A stretch of 32,000 nt of DNA from Rhodobacter capsulatus SB 1003 (GTDB taxonomy: Bacteria > Pseudomonadota > Alphaproteobacteria > Rhodobacterales > Rhodobacteraceae): the NCBI RefSeq assembly GCF_000021865.1, contig NC_014034.1, positions 270,001 through 302,000 on the forward strand, read 5' to 3'. Position numbers and translations under genes: made by a program. Each line of letters opens with the position of its first letter. The first letter of the stretch is position 1. The notes under the pieces were generated by a model. It saw nothing but the letters and a program-made list of their open reading frames with translations, was not told where the DNA came from and made no database searches. Positions 16,319 to 26,482 of the stretch are shown here, in pieces.

Positions 16319-18117
16319 GCGAAAAGCTCGGTCAGTTGGAATTTCGTCACATCGACAAGGCCAAGGTCAGAGATGCGGATTTCCGGGATCACCACCAGCG
16401 CCAAAAGCGAATGCTGCATATAGGCGTTGTTGAGGCTGCAGCCGCAATCGGCCATCGCCTTGACCATCGCTTCGGCCCGCGCGGCGACCTCGGCGGCGGG
16501 GTCGTCGGACATCAGCCCCGCGATGGGCAGGGGCACGGCGGCCAGCTCGGCCCCGTCCTTCCAGACGCTGATGCCGCCGCCCATCTGCCCGAGACGGTTC
16601 GCGACGGCGGCCATCGCGTCGCGGTCGGTGCCCACCACGATCATGTGGTGGCTGTCATGCGCGACGGTCGAGCCGATCGCCATCGAGCCCTTGTAGCCAA
16701 AGCCCGAGACGAAGCCGTTCACCACCTTGCCGGTGCCCCGGTGCCGTTCGACCAGCGCGATCTGCGCCACGTCCTTGGTTTCATCGGGCTGCGCCAGCCC
16801 GTCCACCACCGCCAGCTCTGCGGTCAACGCCTTGGTCGGCGCCTGATTTTCGACGACGCCGATCACCCTTGCCGTCACCGTATTCGCCCCCTCGGGCGCG
16901 GGAATGGCGAAATCCGCAGGCTTGAGGGTCTTGCCCAGATGCACGGTCCTGCGCGCACTTTCGGGCCAGTCGTAATGCGGGCAGGCAACCTTGAGCGTGC
17001 CGTTTTCCGCCACCACCTGCCCCCGGGCGATCACCACCTCGACCGGCAGGGTGACCAGATCCGAGGTCAGGATCACATCCGCCCGCCGACCCGGCGCAAT
17101 CGAGCCCAACTCCCGTTCCAGCCCGAAATGGCTCGCCGTGTTCACCGTGCACATCTGCAGCGCGATCAGGGGATCGCAGCCGCAGGCGACGGCATGGCGG
17201 TAAGCGCGGTTCATGTGGCCTTCGTGGACCAGCGTGCCGGAATGGCAATCGTCGGTGCACAGAATGAAGTTGCGCGGATCGAGGCCGCGCTTCGTCACCG
17301 CGGTGATCTGGCTTTCGATGTCATACCAGGCCGAGCCCAGCCGCAGCATCGCCCGCATCCCCTGCCGCACCCGGGCCACGGCGTCTTCCTCGCAGGTGCC
17401 CTCGTGGTCATCGGCCGGACCGCCCGCGGCATAGGCGCGGAAGGGCGCCCCCAGATCGGGGCTGGCATAATGCCCGCCGACCGTCTTGCCCGCCCGCTGC
17501 GTCGCGGCGATCTCGGCCAGCATCTTGGCATCGGCGCCGATGACACCCGGAAAGTTCATCATCTCGCCCAGGCCCACGATCCCGGGCCAGGACATCGCCT
17601 TGGCCACATCCTCGGGGGTGATCTCATAGCCCGTGGTTTCCAGACCGGGGGCCGAGGGCGCGCAGGACGGCATCTGGGTGAAGATGTTGACGGGTTGAGC
17701 CATCGCCTCGTCATGCATCATCCGCACGCCCGCCAGACCCAGCACATTGGCGATTTCATGCGGGTCGGTGAACATCGTCGTCGTGCCATGCGGGATCACG
17801 GCGGCAGCGAATTCCGCGGGCGTCAGCATGCCGCTTTCGACATGCATGTGACCATCGACCAGACCCGGGATCATGTAGCGGCCCTGCGCCTCGATCACGG
17901 TGGTTTCCGGCCCGATGGCGGCGGAAAGATCGGGGGCGATGGCGGCGAAACGCCCCTCGGCAATCGCGATGTCGTAGCCGTCCAGCACTTCGCGGCTTTG
18001 GACGTTGACCCATTTGCCCTGCCGGATCACGCAATCGGCAGGCGAACGGCCCGCGGCGACGGCAATCAGACGCGGCGCGGCCTCGGGCCAGGTTTTGAGA
18101 GATGTCATATGTTCCAT
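16315..18117 (-). CDS. ade: Adenine deaminase (amidohydrolase superfamily)
   Basis: Motifs GLVDGHMHVESGMLTP and IPHGTTTMFTDPHEIANV are the Ade signature. The start is ambiguous between ATGs at 18117 and 18108; the track ORF starts at 18195. Confidence 0.9.
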   Translation of the reverse strand: MEHMTSLKTWPEAAPRLIAVAAGRSPADCVIRQGKWVNVQSREVLDGYDIAIAEGRFAAIAPDLSAAIGPETTVIEAQGRYMIPGLVDGHMHVESGMLTPAEFAAAVIPHGTTTMFTDPHEIANVLGLAGVRMMHDEAMAQPVNIFTQMPSCAPSAPGLETTGYEITPEDVAKAMSWPGIVGLGEMMNFPGVIGADAKMLAEIAATQRAGKTVGGHYASPDLGAPFRAYAAGGPADDHEGTCEEDAVARVRQGMRAMLRLGSAWYDIESQITAVTKRGLDPRNFILCTDDCHSGTLVHEGHMNRAYRHAVACGCDPLIALQMCTVNTASHFGLERELGSIAPGRRADVILTSDLVTLPVEVVIARGQVVAENGTLKVACPHYDWPESARRTVHLGKTLKPADFAIPAPEGANTVTARVIGVVENQAPTKALTAELAVVDGLAQPDETKDVAQIALVERHRGTGKVVNGFVSGFGYKGSMAIGSTVAHDSHHMIVVGTDRDAMAAVANRLGQMGGGISVWKDGAELAAVPLPIAGLMSDDPAAEVAARAEAMVKAMADCGCSLNNAYMQHSLLALVVIPEIRISDLGLVDVTKFQLTELFA

Positions 18118-18193
18118 GACCAAAGGTGCCAGAGCTTTTTGCCCTTCGCAAGTGACGACGTGATGACTAGGTTGCGAGCCGAAGGAGAAACCC

Positions 18194-19021
18194 ATGAAAA
18201 CGCTGCTCTCGATCGGTCACGGATATTCGGCGCGGGCGCTGGCGCGGTTGCTTTTGCCCGAGGGCTGGCGGATCATCGCGACGACGCGCAGCGCGGCGAA
18301 AGCCGAGATGCTGCGCGCCGAAGGGGTGGAGCCGCTGGTCTGGACCGGGGGGGAGTTGCCCCTTGCGGAAGCGACGCATCTGCTCACCTCGGTGGCCCCG
18401 GATGGCGCCGGGGACCCGGTTCTTGCTGCGCAGCGAAACGCGATTGCTGCATCGCGGCATCTGGAATGGGTGGGCTATCTGTCCACCGTCGGCGTCTATG
18501 GCGATCATGGCGGCGGCTGGGTGGATGAGGACACGCCGCTGACCCCCAGCACGACGCGCGGCCTGCAGCGTGTGGCGGCCGAGGCGGCTTGGCAGGCTTT
18601 GGGCCTGCCGCTGCATGTGTTCCGGCTGGCGGGGATTTACGGCCCCGGCCGCGGCCCGTTCGAAAAGGTCCGCGATGGCACCGCGCGGCTTGTGATCAAG
18701 CCCGGGCAGGTGTTTTCCCGCATCCATGTCGAGGATATCGCGCAGGTTCTGGCGGCCTCGATCGCGCGGCCAAACCCCGGGCGGGTCTACAACGTCTGCG
18801 ATGACGCGCCGTCCCCGCCCGAGGATGTGCTGGCCTATGCGGCGGAGCTGCTCGGCCTGCCCCGCCCGCCCGAAGTGCCCTTTGACCCGGCCAGCATGAC
18901 CCCGATGGCGGCGAGTTTTTACGCCGAAAACAAGCGGGTGCGGAATGACCGGATCAAGACGGAACTGGGGGTAACGCTGCGCTACCCCGATTACCGCGCG
19001 GGACTTGAGGCGATGCTTTGA
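18194..19021 (+). CDS. NAD(P)-binding Rossmann-fold (SDR/epimerase-like) protein
   Basis: 275 aa. N-terminal LSIGHGYSARAL nucleotide-binding-like turn and an epimerase-like C-terminal part. GAAGGAG lies 6 nt upstream of the ATG. Confidence 0.75.
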   Translation: MKTLLSIGHGYSARALARLLLPEGWRIIATTRSAAKAEMLRAEGVEPLVWTGGELPLAEATHLLTSVAPDGAGDPVLAAQRNAIAASRHLEWVGYLSTVGVYGDHGGGWVDEDTPLTPSTTRGLQRVAAEAAWQALGLPLHVFRLAGIYGPGRGPFEKVRDGTARLVIKPGQVFSRIHVEDIAQVLAASIARPNPGRVYNVCDDAPSPPEDVLAYAAELLGLPRPPEVPFDPASMTPMAASFYAENKRVRNDRIKTELGVTLRYPDYRAGLEAML

Positions 19022-19031
19022 TCCGGGGGCT

Positions 19032-20267
19032 TCAGGCCGGTTGCGCCTGAAGCGCGCGGTCCTTCACCGGCAGATGGACAAGGGCCGAAAACGCCCCCAT
19101 GCCGACGCCGACCCACCAGACCAGCGTGTAATCGCCCGCGATGTCATAAAGCCGCCCGCCCAGCCAGACGCCGAGGAACGCGCCGAGCTGGTGGGAAAAG
19201 AACACGACGCCATAAAGCGTGCCCATGTAGCGCAGCCCGTAAAGATCGGCGATCAGCCCCGAGGTCAGCGGCACCGTCGCCAGCCAAAGCGCCCCCATCA
19301 CCAGCGAGAAGACCAGAACCGTCGCAGGCGTCATCGGCGCCAGGATGAAGGCGGCGGCGGCGATGGTGCGCAACAGGTAGATGATGGCGAGCGCATATTT
19401 CTTCGAATAGTGCCGCCCGGCCCAGCCGGCAAAGATCGTGCCCGCGATATTGGCCAGACCGATCAGCGAGATCGCCACGGCGCCCAAGGTCGAGAGGCTT
19501 TCGATCCCCACCGCGGCGAGCAGCGAGCCGGGGGGAACGGCGCCGCACATCTCGGTCACCATCGCCGGGAAGTGGGCGGTGATGAAGGCCAGCTGATAGC
19601 CGCAGGAAAAGAAGCCCAGAAAGATCAGGGTGAAGGACGGGTCCTTCAACGCGCGTTTCAAGACCGTGCCCATCGGTTCGGTTTGACCGTGATGGGCCGT
19701 GCGGGCGGGGCTGCGCAGAAGCGGCAGGGCCAGAAGCGCCAGCAGGATGGTGACGGCAAAGATCACGAAAACGGTCTGCCAGGGGAATTGGCTCAGCAGC
19801 GCCTCGGCCACCGGCGCGCCGAAGACTTGGCCTGCCGAGCCCGCGGCGGTGGCGATGCCAAGGGTCAGCGAGCGGTTTTCATCCGACGCCGCGCGGCCGA
19901 CGACGGCCAGAATCACGCCAAAGCCGGTGCCCGCGATGCCGAAGCCGACGAAGATTTCCAGCAGGTCATGCTGCCAGGGCTGGGTGGCAAAGGCGGAAAG
20001 CACCAGCCCCAGCGCATACATGAGCGCACCCAGAACGATCGCCTTGCGGTCGCCGAATTTCTCGGCAATCGCGCCGAAGATCGGTTGCCCGATCCCCCAG
20101 GCCAGGTTCTGAATCGCGATGGCCAGCGAAAATTCCGCCCGCGGCCAGCCGAATTCAGTGGCGATCGGGATCTGGAACACGCCGAACGAGGCGCGGATGG
20201 CGAAGCCAAGCATCAAGATGATGGCGCCGCCCACAAGGACGGGGGTGATCAGGCGGGTCTGGGTCAT
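19032..20267 (-). CDS. MFS transporter
   Basis: 12 predicted TM segments and an MFS loop motif (GAIAEKFGDRKAI). Start at the ATG at 20267, preceded by GAGGGAGA. Confidence 0.85.
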   Translation of the reverse strand: MTQTRLITPVLVGGAIILMLGFAIRASFGVFQIPIATEFGWPRAEFSLAIAIQNLAWGIGQPIFGAIAEKFGDRKAIVLGALMYALGLVLSAFATQPWQHDLLEIFVGFGIAGTGFGVILAVVGRAASDENRSLTLGIATAAGSAGQVFGAPVAEALLSQFPWQTVFVIFAVTILLALLALPLLRSPARTAHHGQTEPMGTVLKRALKDPSFTLIFLGFFSCGYQLAFITAHFPAMVTEMCGAVPPGSLLAAVGIESLSTLGAVAISLIGLANIAGTIFAGWAGRHYSKKYALAIIYLLRTIAAAAFILAPMTPATVLVFSLVMGALWLATVPLTSGLIADLYGLRYMGTLYGVVFFSHQLGAFLGVWLGGRLYDIAGDYTLVWWVGVGMGAFSALVHLPVKDRALQAQPA

Positions 20268-20316
20268 TTGGTCTCCCTCGCAAGGCGGCCAGTTCGCCAT
20301 GCGGGGGGGGGCTGCG

Positions 20317-21498
20317 TCAATCTGTCGATTGTGCCCCGAACAATCGCGCCGCCGCCTGCCCGGCGACGCGGCCCGTCGCCAGACAGCCGGTCAGCAGATA
20401 GCCGCCCGTCGGCGCCTCCCAATCCAGCATCTCGCCCGCGGCAAAGACCCCGGGCAGGGCTTTCAGTTCAAGGCTTTCGGTCAGGCCGGTTTCGGCAATG
20501 CCGCCCGCCGAGGAAATCGCCTCGGAGAGCGGACGGGGGCCAAGGTGGCGCACGGGGAGCGCTTTCAGCTTGCGGGCCAGCGCCAGCGGATCGGTGGGCA
20601 GCGGCCGCCCCCATTCCTGCAAAAGCGCGAGCTTCACCGGATCGAGCCGCAGCGCCTTGCGCAGCCGGTTGGGCAGGCTGTCGCGGGCGGGCGTGCGGGC
20701 AAGTCGATGCGCGATGTCGTCCACCCGCAGATCGGGCGCAAGGTCGAGCGCCAGCGGCGCGCCGTCGCGCACCGAAGCGGCCACGGCATAGATGCCGCCG
20801 CCTTCCAGCCCCCGGGCGGACAGCACGAATTCGCCCCGGCTGATCTGCCCCGGTGTCAGCAGCGCCGCGCCCTTGACCGGCTGGCCCAGATGCGGCGCCA
20901 TATGGGGCGACCAGTCGACGACCAGCCCCATGTTCGCGGGCTTGAACGGGGCGAGGGGCACGCCTTTGTCCGCAAGCCACGGCACCCAGGCGGCATCGGA
21001 ACCCAGCCGCGGCCAGCTGGCGCCGCCCAGCGCCAGAACGGTGACGGCGGGCGTCAGCACTTGCGCCCCCTCGGGCGTCTCGAAGGCGAAAGCCTCGCCC
21101 GCGAAGCCGGTCCAGCGCCAGCGGGTGCGGACCTCCACCCCCAGATCGGCCAGCCGCCGCGCCCAAAGCCGCAGCATCGGCGAGGCTTTCATCTCTACGG
21201 GAAACACGCGGCCCGTCGAGCCGGTGAAGAGATCGACGCCAAGACCGCGGGCAAAATCCTTGACCGCATCAGGGCCGAAACCGGCCACATGCGGGCGGAT
21301 CCAGGCGGGCGAATAGGCGTCCAGAAATTGCGCAAGCGGTTCGTCGCGGGTCAGGTTCAGCCCGGATTTCCCCGCCATCAGGAATTTCCGCGCCAAGGTC
21401 GGCTTCGCCTCGGTCAGCAGCACCCGGACCCCGGCGCGGGCCAGTTCCTCGGCGGCCATCATCCCCGCCGGACCGCCGCCGATCACCAGCGCCGTCAC
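20317..21498 (-). CDS. HI0933/BaiN-like flavoprotein (TIGR03862-type)
   Basis: N-terminal FAD fold VIGGGPAGMMAAEELARAG, LMAGKSGLNLT, and a C-terminal GEMLDWEAPTGGYLL motif. The GTG start overlaps the holA stop (GTGA). Confidence 0.8.
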   Translation of the reverse strand: MTALVIGGGPAGMMAAEELARAGVRVLLTEAKPTLARKFLMAGKSGLNLTRDEPLAQFLDAYSPAWIRPHVAGFGPDAVKDFARGLGVDLFTGSTGRVFPVEMKASPMLRLWARRLADLGVEVRTRWRWTGFAGEAFAFETPEGAQVLTPAVTVLALGGASWPRLGSDAAWVPWLADKGVPLAPFKPANMGLVVDWSPHMAPHLGQPVKGAALLTPGQISRGEFVLSARGLEGGGIYAVAASVRDGAPLALDLAPDLRVDDIAHRLARTPARDSLPNRLRKALRLDPVKLALLQEWGRPLPTDPLALARKLKALPVRHLGPRPLSEAISSAGGIAETGLTESLELKALPGVFAAGEMLDWEAPTGGYLLTGCLATGRVAGQAAARLFGAQSTD

Positions 21499-22520
21499 AG
21501 CTTCGCCGCCAAGGAAGCCAGCCGCATCAGCGCCCGTTCGATCACCGCCATCTGCGGTGCTTTCGACGCCGAGCGCAGCGTCAGATCGGCCTCGATCAGC
21601 ACCTTCAGCGCCTCTTCCAGCCGCATCATCCCCCAGCGGCTGGCCTGCCGCTGCAACACGTCGCGGCGCGGGCCAAAGACCGGCGGGCGCAGCTTGCCAA
21701 TCCCCGCGCCCACCCCGCCGGGATCGGACGCCGCCATGTGCAGGGTCCGAAAATGCCGCGTCGCCATGATGGCGAGCGTCACCGGCTGCACCCCTTGCCC
21801 CTCGATCCGGCGCATCATCCGCGCCAGGTCCAAGGGGCGGCCGTCGGCCACCAGCTCCAGCACCTCGTCGATCTCTGCCTCGACCGTGCTGGGCGCCGAA
21901 AGCGCCACCTCGGCCGGGGTCAGCGGGCTCATATCCCCATGTTTGTAAAGCGCGATCTTTTCGATCGTCTGGCGGAAATCGCCCGGGTCGAGCGCCTTCG
22001 AGAGCGCCAGAACATCGGTCATCGTCTCGTTCGGGATCGCCCGCAGACCGGCCTTTTTCAGGATCTCCTCGATCTCCTCGCGGCTGGGCGGGTCGTCGTA
22101 AATCCCGATCGCATAGGCATTGGGGTGGTTTTCGAAAATCTTGCGCAGCGCCGATTTCGCGGTCAGCGCGCCCGCCGTGACGATGATCTGCGCATCGCCA
22201 TGGGTCCAGGCCTTGACCGCCGCGTCAAAGGCCGGGGCGGTGGTGTCGGTCGCCTCCTCGACGAAGACAACCCGGGGGCCGGGGAAAAAGCCGATCTCCT
22301 TGATGCCGTCGATCACCTGCGAGGCATCCTTGCGCAGATCGGCGCCCGAAAGCCGCGTGAGCCGCATCTCGGCCTCGCCCTCGGGGCCGATCAGCGCCGC
22401 GATCACCTCTTGCCGCCGCAGGGCCACCCGCATCGCATCGGCGCCATAGATCAGAAGCCCCAGCCGCGCCGGATCGGGCTTGCCGAAATAGCGCGTCGCG
22501 GCGATGCCGGCGAGTTTCAT
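21495..22520 (-). CDS. holA: DNA polymerase III delta subunit
   Basis: 341 aa in the conserved position after lptE, with HolA-like length and N-terminal pattern. The ATG overlaps the lptE stop (ATGA). Confidence 0.88.
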   Translation of the reverse strand: MKLAGIAATRYFGKPDPARLGLLIYGADAMRVALRRQEVIAALIGPEGEAEMRLTRLSGADLRKDASQVIDGIKEIGFFPGPRVVFVEEATDTTAPAFDAAVKAWTHGDAQIIVTAGALTAKSALRKIFENHPNAYAIGIYDDPPSREEIEEILKKAGLRAIPNETMTDVLALSKALDPGDFRQTIEKIALYKHGDMSPLTPAEVALSAPSTVEAEIDEVLELVADGRPLDLARMMRRIEGQGVQPVTLAIMATRHFRTLHMAASDPGGVGAGIGKLRPPVFGPRRDVLQRQASRWGMMRLEEALKVLIEADLTLRSASKAPQMAVIERALMRLASLAAKL

Positions 22521-23011
22521 TTCGGCAGCGTGCTCGCCTGCGCCAGCAGACGGGTGACGATCTGATCGGCCAGCATCCGCATCAGGCGGCGATGCGCGTC
22601 ATCCTCGGCCGAGGAGGTCGCGACGACCGAGCCCGAGGCCGACCAGGAAGTAAAGCTGCTCACCTTGCCCGCCAGCAGCACGGCTTCCGAGCGGCTGTCC
22701 TGCAGCCGATACTCGACCTGCCCGGTCAGCGAATAGCGCGTGGTGGCGCCTTCGGGGGTGATCGCCTGGCCCAGAACATCGGTGGTCACGGTGTAGGACA
22801 GCCGATACCGGGCCTTCTCGACCGGGCCGAGCCGTTCCGACAGCCGCCGCACCAGCGCGAAATCGTCGGGCGTCTGCGGCATGTCGGTTTCGACGCGGCC
22901 CAAAAGCCCGGCCGCGCCGCCCTTTGGCCCATAAGCCGGGGTGAAGCCGCAAGCCGAAAGCGTTGCGGCGCCGATCAGAGCCAAAAAGGACCGACGGTCA
23001 GATGACCACAT
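22517..23011 (-). CDS. lptE: LPS-assembly lipoprotein LptE
   Basis: Lipobox [11 protein letters not shown] in the conserved leuS-lptE-holA order. The ATG at 23011 overlaps the 3' end of leuS by 14 nt. Confidence 0.8.
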   Translation of the reverse strand: MWSSDRRSFLALIGAATLSACGFTPAYGPKGGAAGLLGRVETDMPQTPDDFALVRRLSERLGPVEKARYRLSYTVTTDVLGQAITPEGATTRYSLTGQVEYRLQDSRSEAVLLAGKVSSFTSWSASGSVVATSSAEDDAHRRLMRMLADQIVTRLLAQASTLPK

Positions 23012-25553
23012 TGACGATGCGCCCCGGCACGACGATGAGCTTTTTCGGCTGGCCACCGGCCAGAACCTTGATCACAGTCTCGTCCGCCAGCACGAGCTTT
23101 TCAACCTCGGAAACGGGCATGTCCTTCGGCACGGTGACCTCGGAGCGGCGCTTGCCGTTGATCTGGATGGGCAGCGTGACCGTATCTTCGACCAGCATCG
23201 CCGGATCGGCCTTGGGCCAGGGCGCGCGCACCACCAGACCTTCGCCGCCCTGATGCGCCCAGACATCCTCGGCCAGATGCGGCACCATCGGCGCCATCAG
23301 CTGGGCAAGCGTGCGCATCGCCTGTTGCCGGACGGGTTTCGAGGCATCAGATTTCGCCAGCGTGTTGGTGAATTCGTAAAGCTTCGCAATCGCCTTGTTG
23401 AAGGCGAAATTCTCGATCGAGAAGGTGACATCGGCAATCGCCCGGTGCATGGCGCGCAAGAGCGCCTCATCCTCGCGCGGCGGCAGGTCATCGGGCAGCG
23501 ACGCGATGCGGTCGCACAGGTTCCAGACCCGGGTGAGATGCTTGCAGGCGGCCTCGGCCCCCGAGGCGGTCCATTCCACGTCCCGCTCGGGCGGGCTGTC
23601 CGACATCACGAACCAGCGCGCGGTATCGGCGCCGAATTGCGCGATGATGTTCATCGGATCGACGACGTTCTTTTTCGATTTCGACATCTTGGCCGAGGGG
23701 ATGATCTCGACCTTTTCGCCCGTCGCCTTCAGCGTGCCGGTCTCAAGGTCCACCTCTTCGGGCAGGTGCCAGACCGGACGGCCATTGGCGTCGGTGGTCT
23801 TGTAGATCTCGTGCGTCACCATGCCTTGGGTGAAAAGCGCGTCGAAGGGCTCGATCGCCTTCGCGGGCAGGTGCCCGGTCTTCGCCATCGCCCGGGCGAA
23901 GAAGCGCGAATAGAGCAGGTGCAGAATCGCATGTTCGATGCCGCCGATATATTGATCGACGTTCATCCAGTAATCGGCATCCTCGGCCACGGTCGGGGTC
24001 GTCGCATGCGGCGCGGTGAAACGGGCGTAATACCAGGACGAATCGACGAAGGTGTCCATCGTGTCGGTTTCCCGCCGCGCCGGTGCCCCGCATTTCGGGC
24101 AGCTGCAGTCGCGCCAGGTCGGATGCCGGTCAAGCGGGTTGCCCGGCTTGTCGAAGGTGACATCATCGGGCAGCCGGATCGGCAGGTTCTCTTTCTTCTC
24201 GGGCACGACACCGCAGCTGGCGCAATGCACGACGGGAATCGGGCAGCCCCAGTAGCGTTGCCGCGACAGGCCCCAGTCGCGCAGGCGGTATTTCGTGACG
24301 CCGGTGCCCCAGCCCTGCGTTTCCGCCACGGTGATGGCACTGGCCACGCCGTCTTCGCCGGTCTGCACTTCGGCCCCGGCAAAGCCGCGGATGTAGCGGA
24401 CGGGTTCCGATTTCATCGGCACGAAGGCCTCGGTCAAGGCGGCTTCCTCGGCGCCTTCCGCAACGAAGACCGGGTTGATCGGCAGGGCGTATTTCGTGGC
24501 GAATTCGAAGTCGCGCGCATCATGCGCCGGGCAGCCGAAAATCGCGCCGGTGCCGTAATCCATCAAGATGAAATTCGCGATCCAGACCGGCAATTCCCAA
24601 TTGGGATCAAGCGGATGCTTGACACGGATGCCGGTGTCCAGGCCGATCTTTTCCGCCGTCTCGATCGCTTCCTCGGTGGTGCCGCCCTTGCGGCATTGGG
24701 CGATGAACTCGGCCATTTCCGGGTTCGCCGCTTCCAGCACCTTGGCCAGCGGATGATCGGGCGAGATGCCGACGAAAGACGCCCCCATCAGCGTGTCCGG
24801 CCGGGTCGTGTAAACCTCGATCTTGCCGAAACCCTCGGGCGCGTCGACGGTGTCGAAGCTGAATTGCAGCCCGCGCGACTGGCCGATCCAGTTCGCCTGC
24901 ATCAGCCGCACCTTTTCCGGCCAGTCCTTCAACCCATCGAGCGCCGCCAGCAATTCGCCCGCGTAATCGGAAATCTTGAAGAACCACTGCGTCAGTTCCT
25001 TGCGCTCGACGAGCGCGCCCGAGCGCCAGCCGCGCCCGTCTTCGACCTGTTCGTTCGCCAGAACCGTCATGTCGACCGGGTCCCAGTTCACCACCGCATT
25101 CTTGCGATAGACCAGACCGGCTTCGAGCATGTCGAGGAACATCGCCTGCTGCTGGCCGTAATATTCCGGGTCGCAGGTGGCAAATTCGCGGCTCCAGTCG
25201 ATCGACAGGCCCAAGGGCTTCATCTGCGCGCGCATGTCGGCGATGTTCGAATAGGTCCAGTCCTTCGGATGGCCACCCCGTTCGATCGCGGCATTTTCCG
25301 CGGGCATCCCGAAAGCATCCCAGCCCATCGGGTGCAAGACGCTGAAACCGCAGGACATTTTATACCGCGCCACCACGTCGCCCATGGTGTAGTTGCGCAC
25401 ATGGCCCATGTGGATGCGCCCCGAGGGATAGGGGAACATCTCGAGCACGTAATATTTCGGCCTTGCGGGATCCCGCCGCGCGGTGAACACGCCTGCCGCC
25501 TCCCAGGCGGCTTGCCATTTCTGTTCGCTCTGGCTCGGTTCGTAACGCGACAT
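22998..25553 (-). CDS. leuS: Leucine--tRNA ligase
   Basis: 851 aa with class I signatures ([12 protein letters not shown] and KMSKSKKN) and overall LeuS architecture. Confidence 0.97.
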   Translation of the reverse strand: MSRYEPSQSEQKWQAAWEAAGVFTARRDPARPKYYVLEMFPYPSGRIHMGHVRNYTMGDVVARYKMSCGFSVLHPMGWDAFGMPAENAAIERGGHPKDWTYSNIADMRAQMKPLGLSIDWSREFATCDPEYYGQQQAMFLDMLEAGLVYRKNAVVNWDPVDMTVLANEQVEDGRGWRSGALVERKELTQWFFKISDYAGELLAALDGLKDWPEKVRLMQANWIGQSRGLQFSFDTVDAPEGFGKIEVYTTRPDTLMGASFVGISPDHPLAKVLEAANPEMAEFIAQCRKGGTTEEAIETAEKIGLDTGIRVKHPLDPNWELPVWIANFILMDYGTGAIFGCPAHDARDFEFATKYALPINPVFVAEGAEEAALTEAFVPMKSEPVRYIRGFAGAEVQTGEDGVASAITVAETQGWGTGVTKYRLRDWGLSRQRYWGCPIPVVHCASCGVVPEKKENLPIRLPDDVTFDKPGNPLDRHPTWRDCSCPKCGAPARRETDTMDTFVDSSWYYARFTAPHATTPTVAEDADYWMNVDQYIGGIEHAILHLLYSRFFARAMAKTGHLPAKAIEPFDALFTQGMVTHEIYKTTDANGRPVWHLPEEVDLETGTLKATGEKVEIIPSAKMSKSKKNVVDPMNIIAQFGADTARWFVMSDSPPERDVEWTASGAEAACKHLTRVWNLCDRIASLPDDLPPREDEALLRAMHRAIADVTFSIENFAFNKAIAKLYEFTNTLAKSDASKPVRQQAMRTLAQLMAPMVPHLAEDVWAHQGGEGLVVRAPWPKADPAMLVEDTVTLPIQINGKRRSEVTVPKDMPVSEVEKLVLADETVIKVLAGGQPKKLIVVPGRIVNVVI

Positions 25554-25630
25554 CTGGCCCCTCGTTCGTCATCGGTCGCGGGTTTGCTACACCGCGCGGG
25601 GCCGGAAGGTCCAGTGATCAGCACGGACAA

Positions 25631-25669
25631 GTGACAAAATATCCCCGCCGCGGGACGGCCCGGGCGGGG
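25631..25669 (-). terminator. Intrinsic terminator after the DUF3576 gene; degenerate family-2-like tail
   Basis: Minus strand reads CCCCGCC-CGGG-CCGT-CCCG-C-GGCGGGG followed by ATATTTTGTCAC. The GGGGATATTTTG tail resembles the family-2 core. Confidence 0.55.
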
Positions 25670-25690
25670 AGAGGGCCCTTGTCGAAAGGC

Positions 25691-26200
25691 TCAGAGGCCC
25701 GAGTCGCGAATCCGCAGCTGCCGGGCCCGGGTCAGGATCGCATCCTCGACCGCGCGGACGGTTTCGGGCGCCACCGTGCCGCCGCGGCTTTCCAGCGACA
25801 CCTTGAGCGAGCGCGCATCCAGCGCCGGATCGGTGACATGGATCGTCGCGCGATAGGCCTTGCCGCCGCCGGGCGGCGTGCCGTAGCCGGTCATGATCAG
25901 CCCCGAGAACGGATCGACCGACTGGATCGGCAGGAAGTCGAGCACTTCAAGCGAGGCCATCCAGAGATACTTGTTGACCCCGATCGAGACATTCGGGTCG
26001 GCATTGTTCGAAAACAGATCCCAGACCGAGGATTGCTTGGGCTCGGCCTTGAACTTGTCGATGGCGGTTTCCTGCTTTTGCGGCGCGGGCCGGGCCGGGC
26101 CGCCCCAGTTGAACAGTTTGCCGCTGGAGGTGCCGCAGCCTGCCAGACCAAGCGCGACCGTCATCACCAGACCGGTGCGCAAAGAGGTTGCTTTCTTCAT
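25691..26200 (-). CDS. DUF3576-family lipoprotein
   Basis: Start at MKKATSL with lipobox LAGC. The conserved block VNKYLWMASLEVLDFLPIQSVDPFSGLIMTGY is typical of DUF3576. The track ORF extends to 26434 but that part is low complexity. Confidence 0.8.
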   Translation of the reverse strand: MKKATSLRTGLVMTVALGLAGCGTSSGKLFNWGGPARPAPQKQETAIDKFKAEPKQSSVWDLFSNNADPNVSIGVNKYLWMASLEVLDFLPIQSVDPFSGLIMTGYGTPPGGGKAYRATIHVTDPALDARSLKVSLESRGGTVAPETVRAVEDAILTRARQLRIRDSGL

Positions 26201-26482
26201 ACGATCGACTGCCCCCGCAGGCTGAACCCATTGGCTTTTCCTGTCTCTAGCCGATGGCCGGGGGGGCGACAAGATTTTTCCCCCCGCGGGACCGCCCGCG
26301 GCGGGGCGCAACCTCCCGCCGGTCCCCAGCGGGGGACTGTGGCAAAGCTGCACCACGCGGTTTCGCTTTGGCCGCTTCGGTCCCGTTTTCGTTGCAATAT
26401 GAGGCGTGGCGAGAGAAAAAGCCTTCATACCCACCTCGGATTCCCCCTGAGTTGGGGCTTACCTTAGCAAAATGAGGGAAAA

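Noticed and set aside
14528-18528. 631-aa (14528-16423) and 753-aa (16267-18528) plus-strand ORFs
   Set aside because: Both are antisense to amn and ade, whose translations carry unmistakable enzyme motifs. The antisense products are low complexity.
19005-21948. 612-aa (19005-20843) and 609-aa (20119-21948) plus-strand ORFs
   Set aside because: Antisense to the MFS transporter, flavoprotein and holA genes, with Arg/Gly/Pro/Gln-rich translations. Artefacts.
22941-25634. 897-aa plus-strand ORF opposite leuS
   Set aside because: leuS on the minus strand has the HIGH and KMSKS signatures. The antisense ORF has none and is compositionally aberrant.
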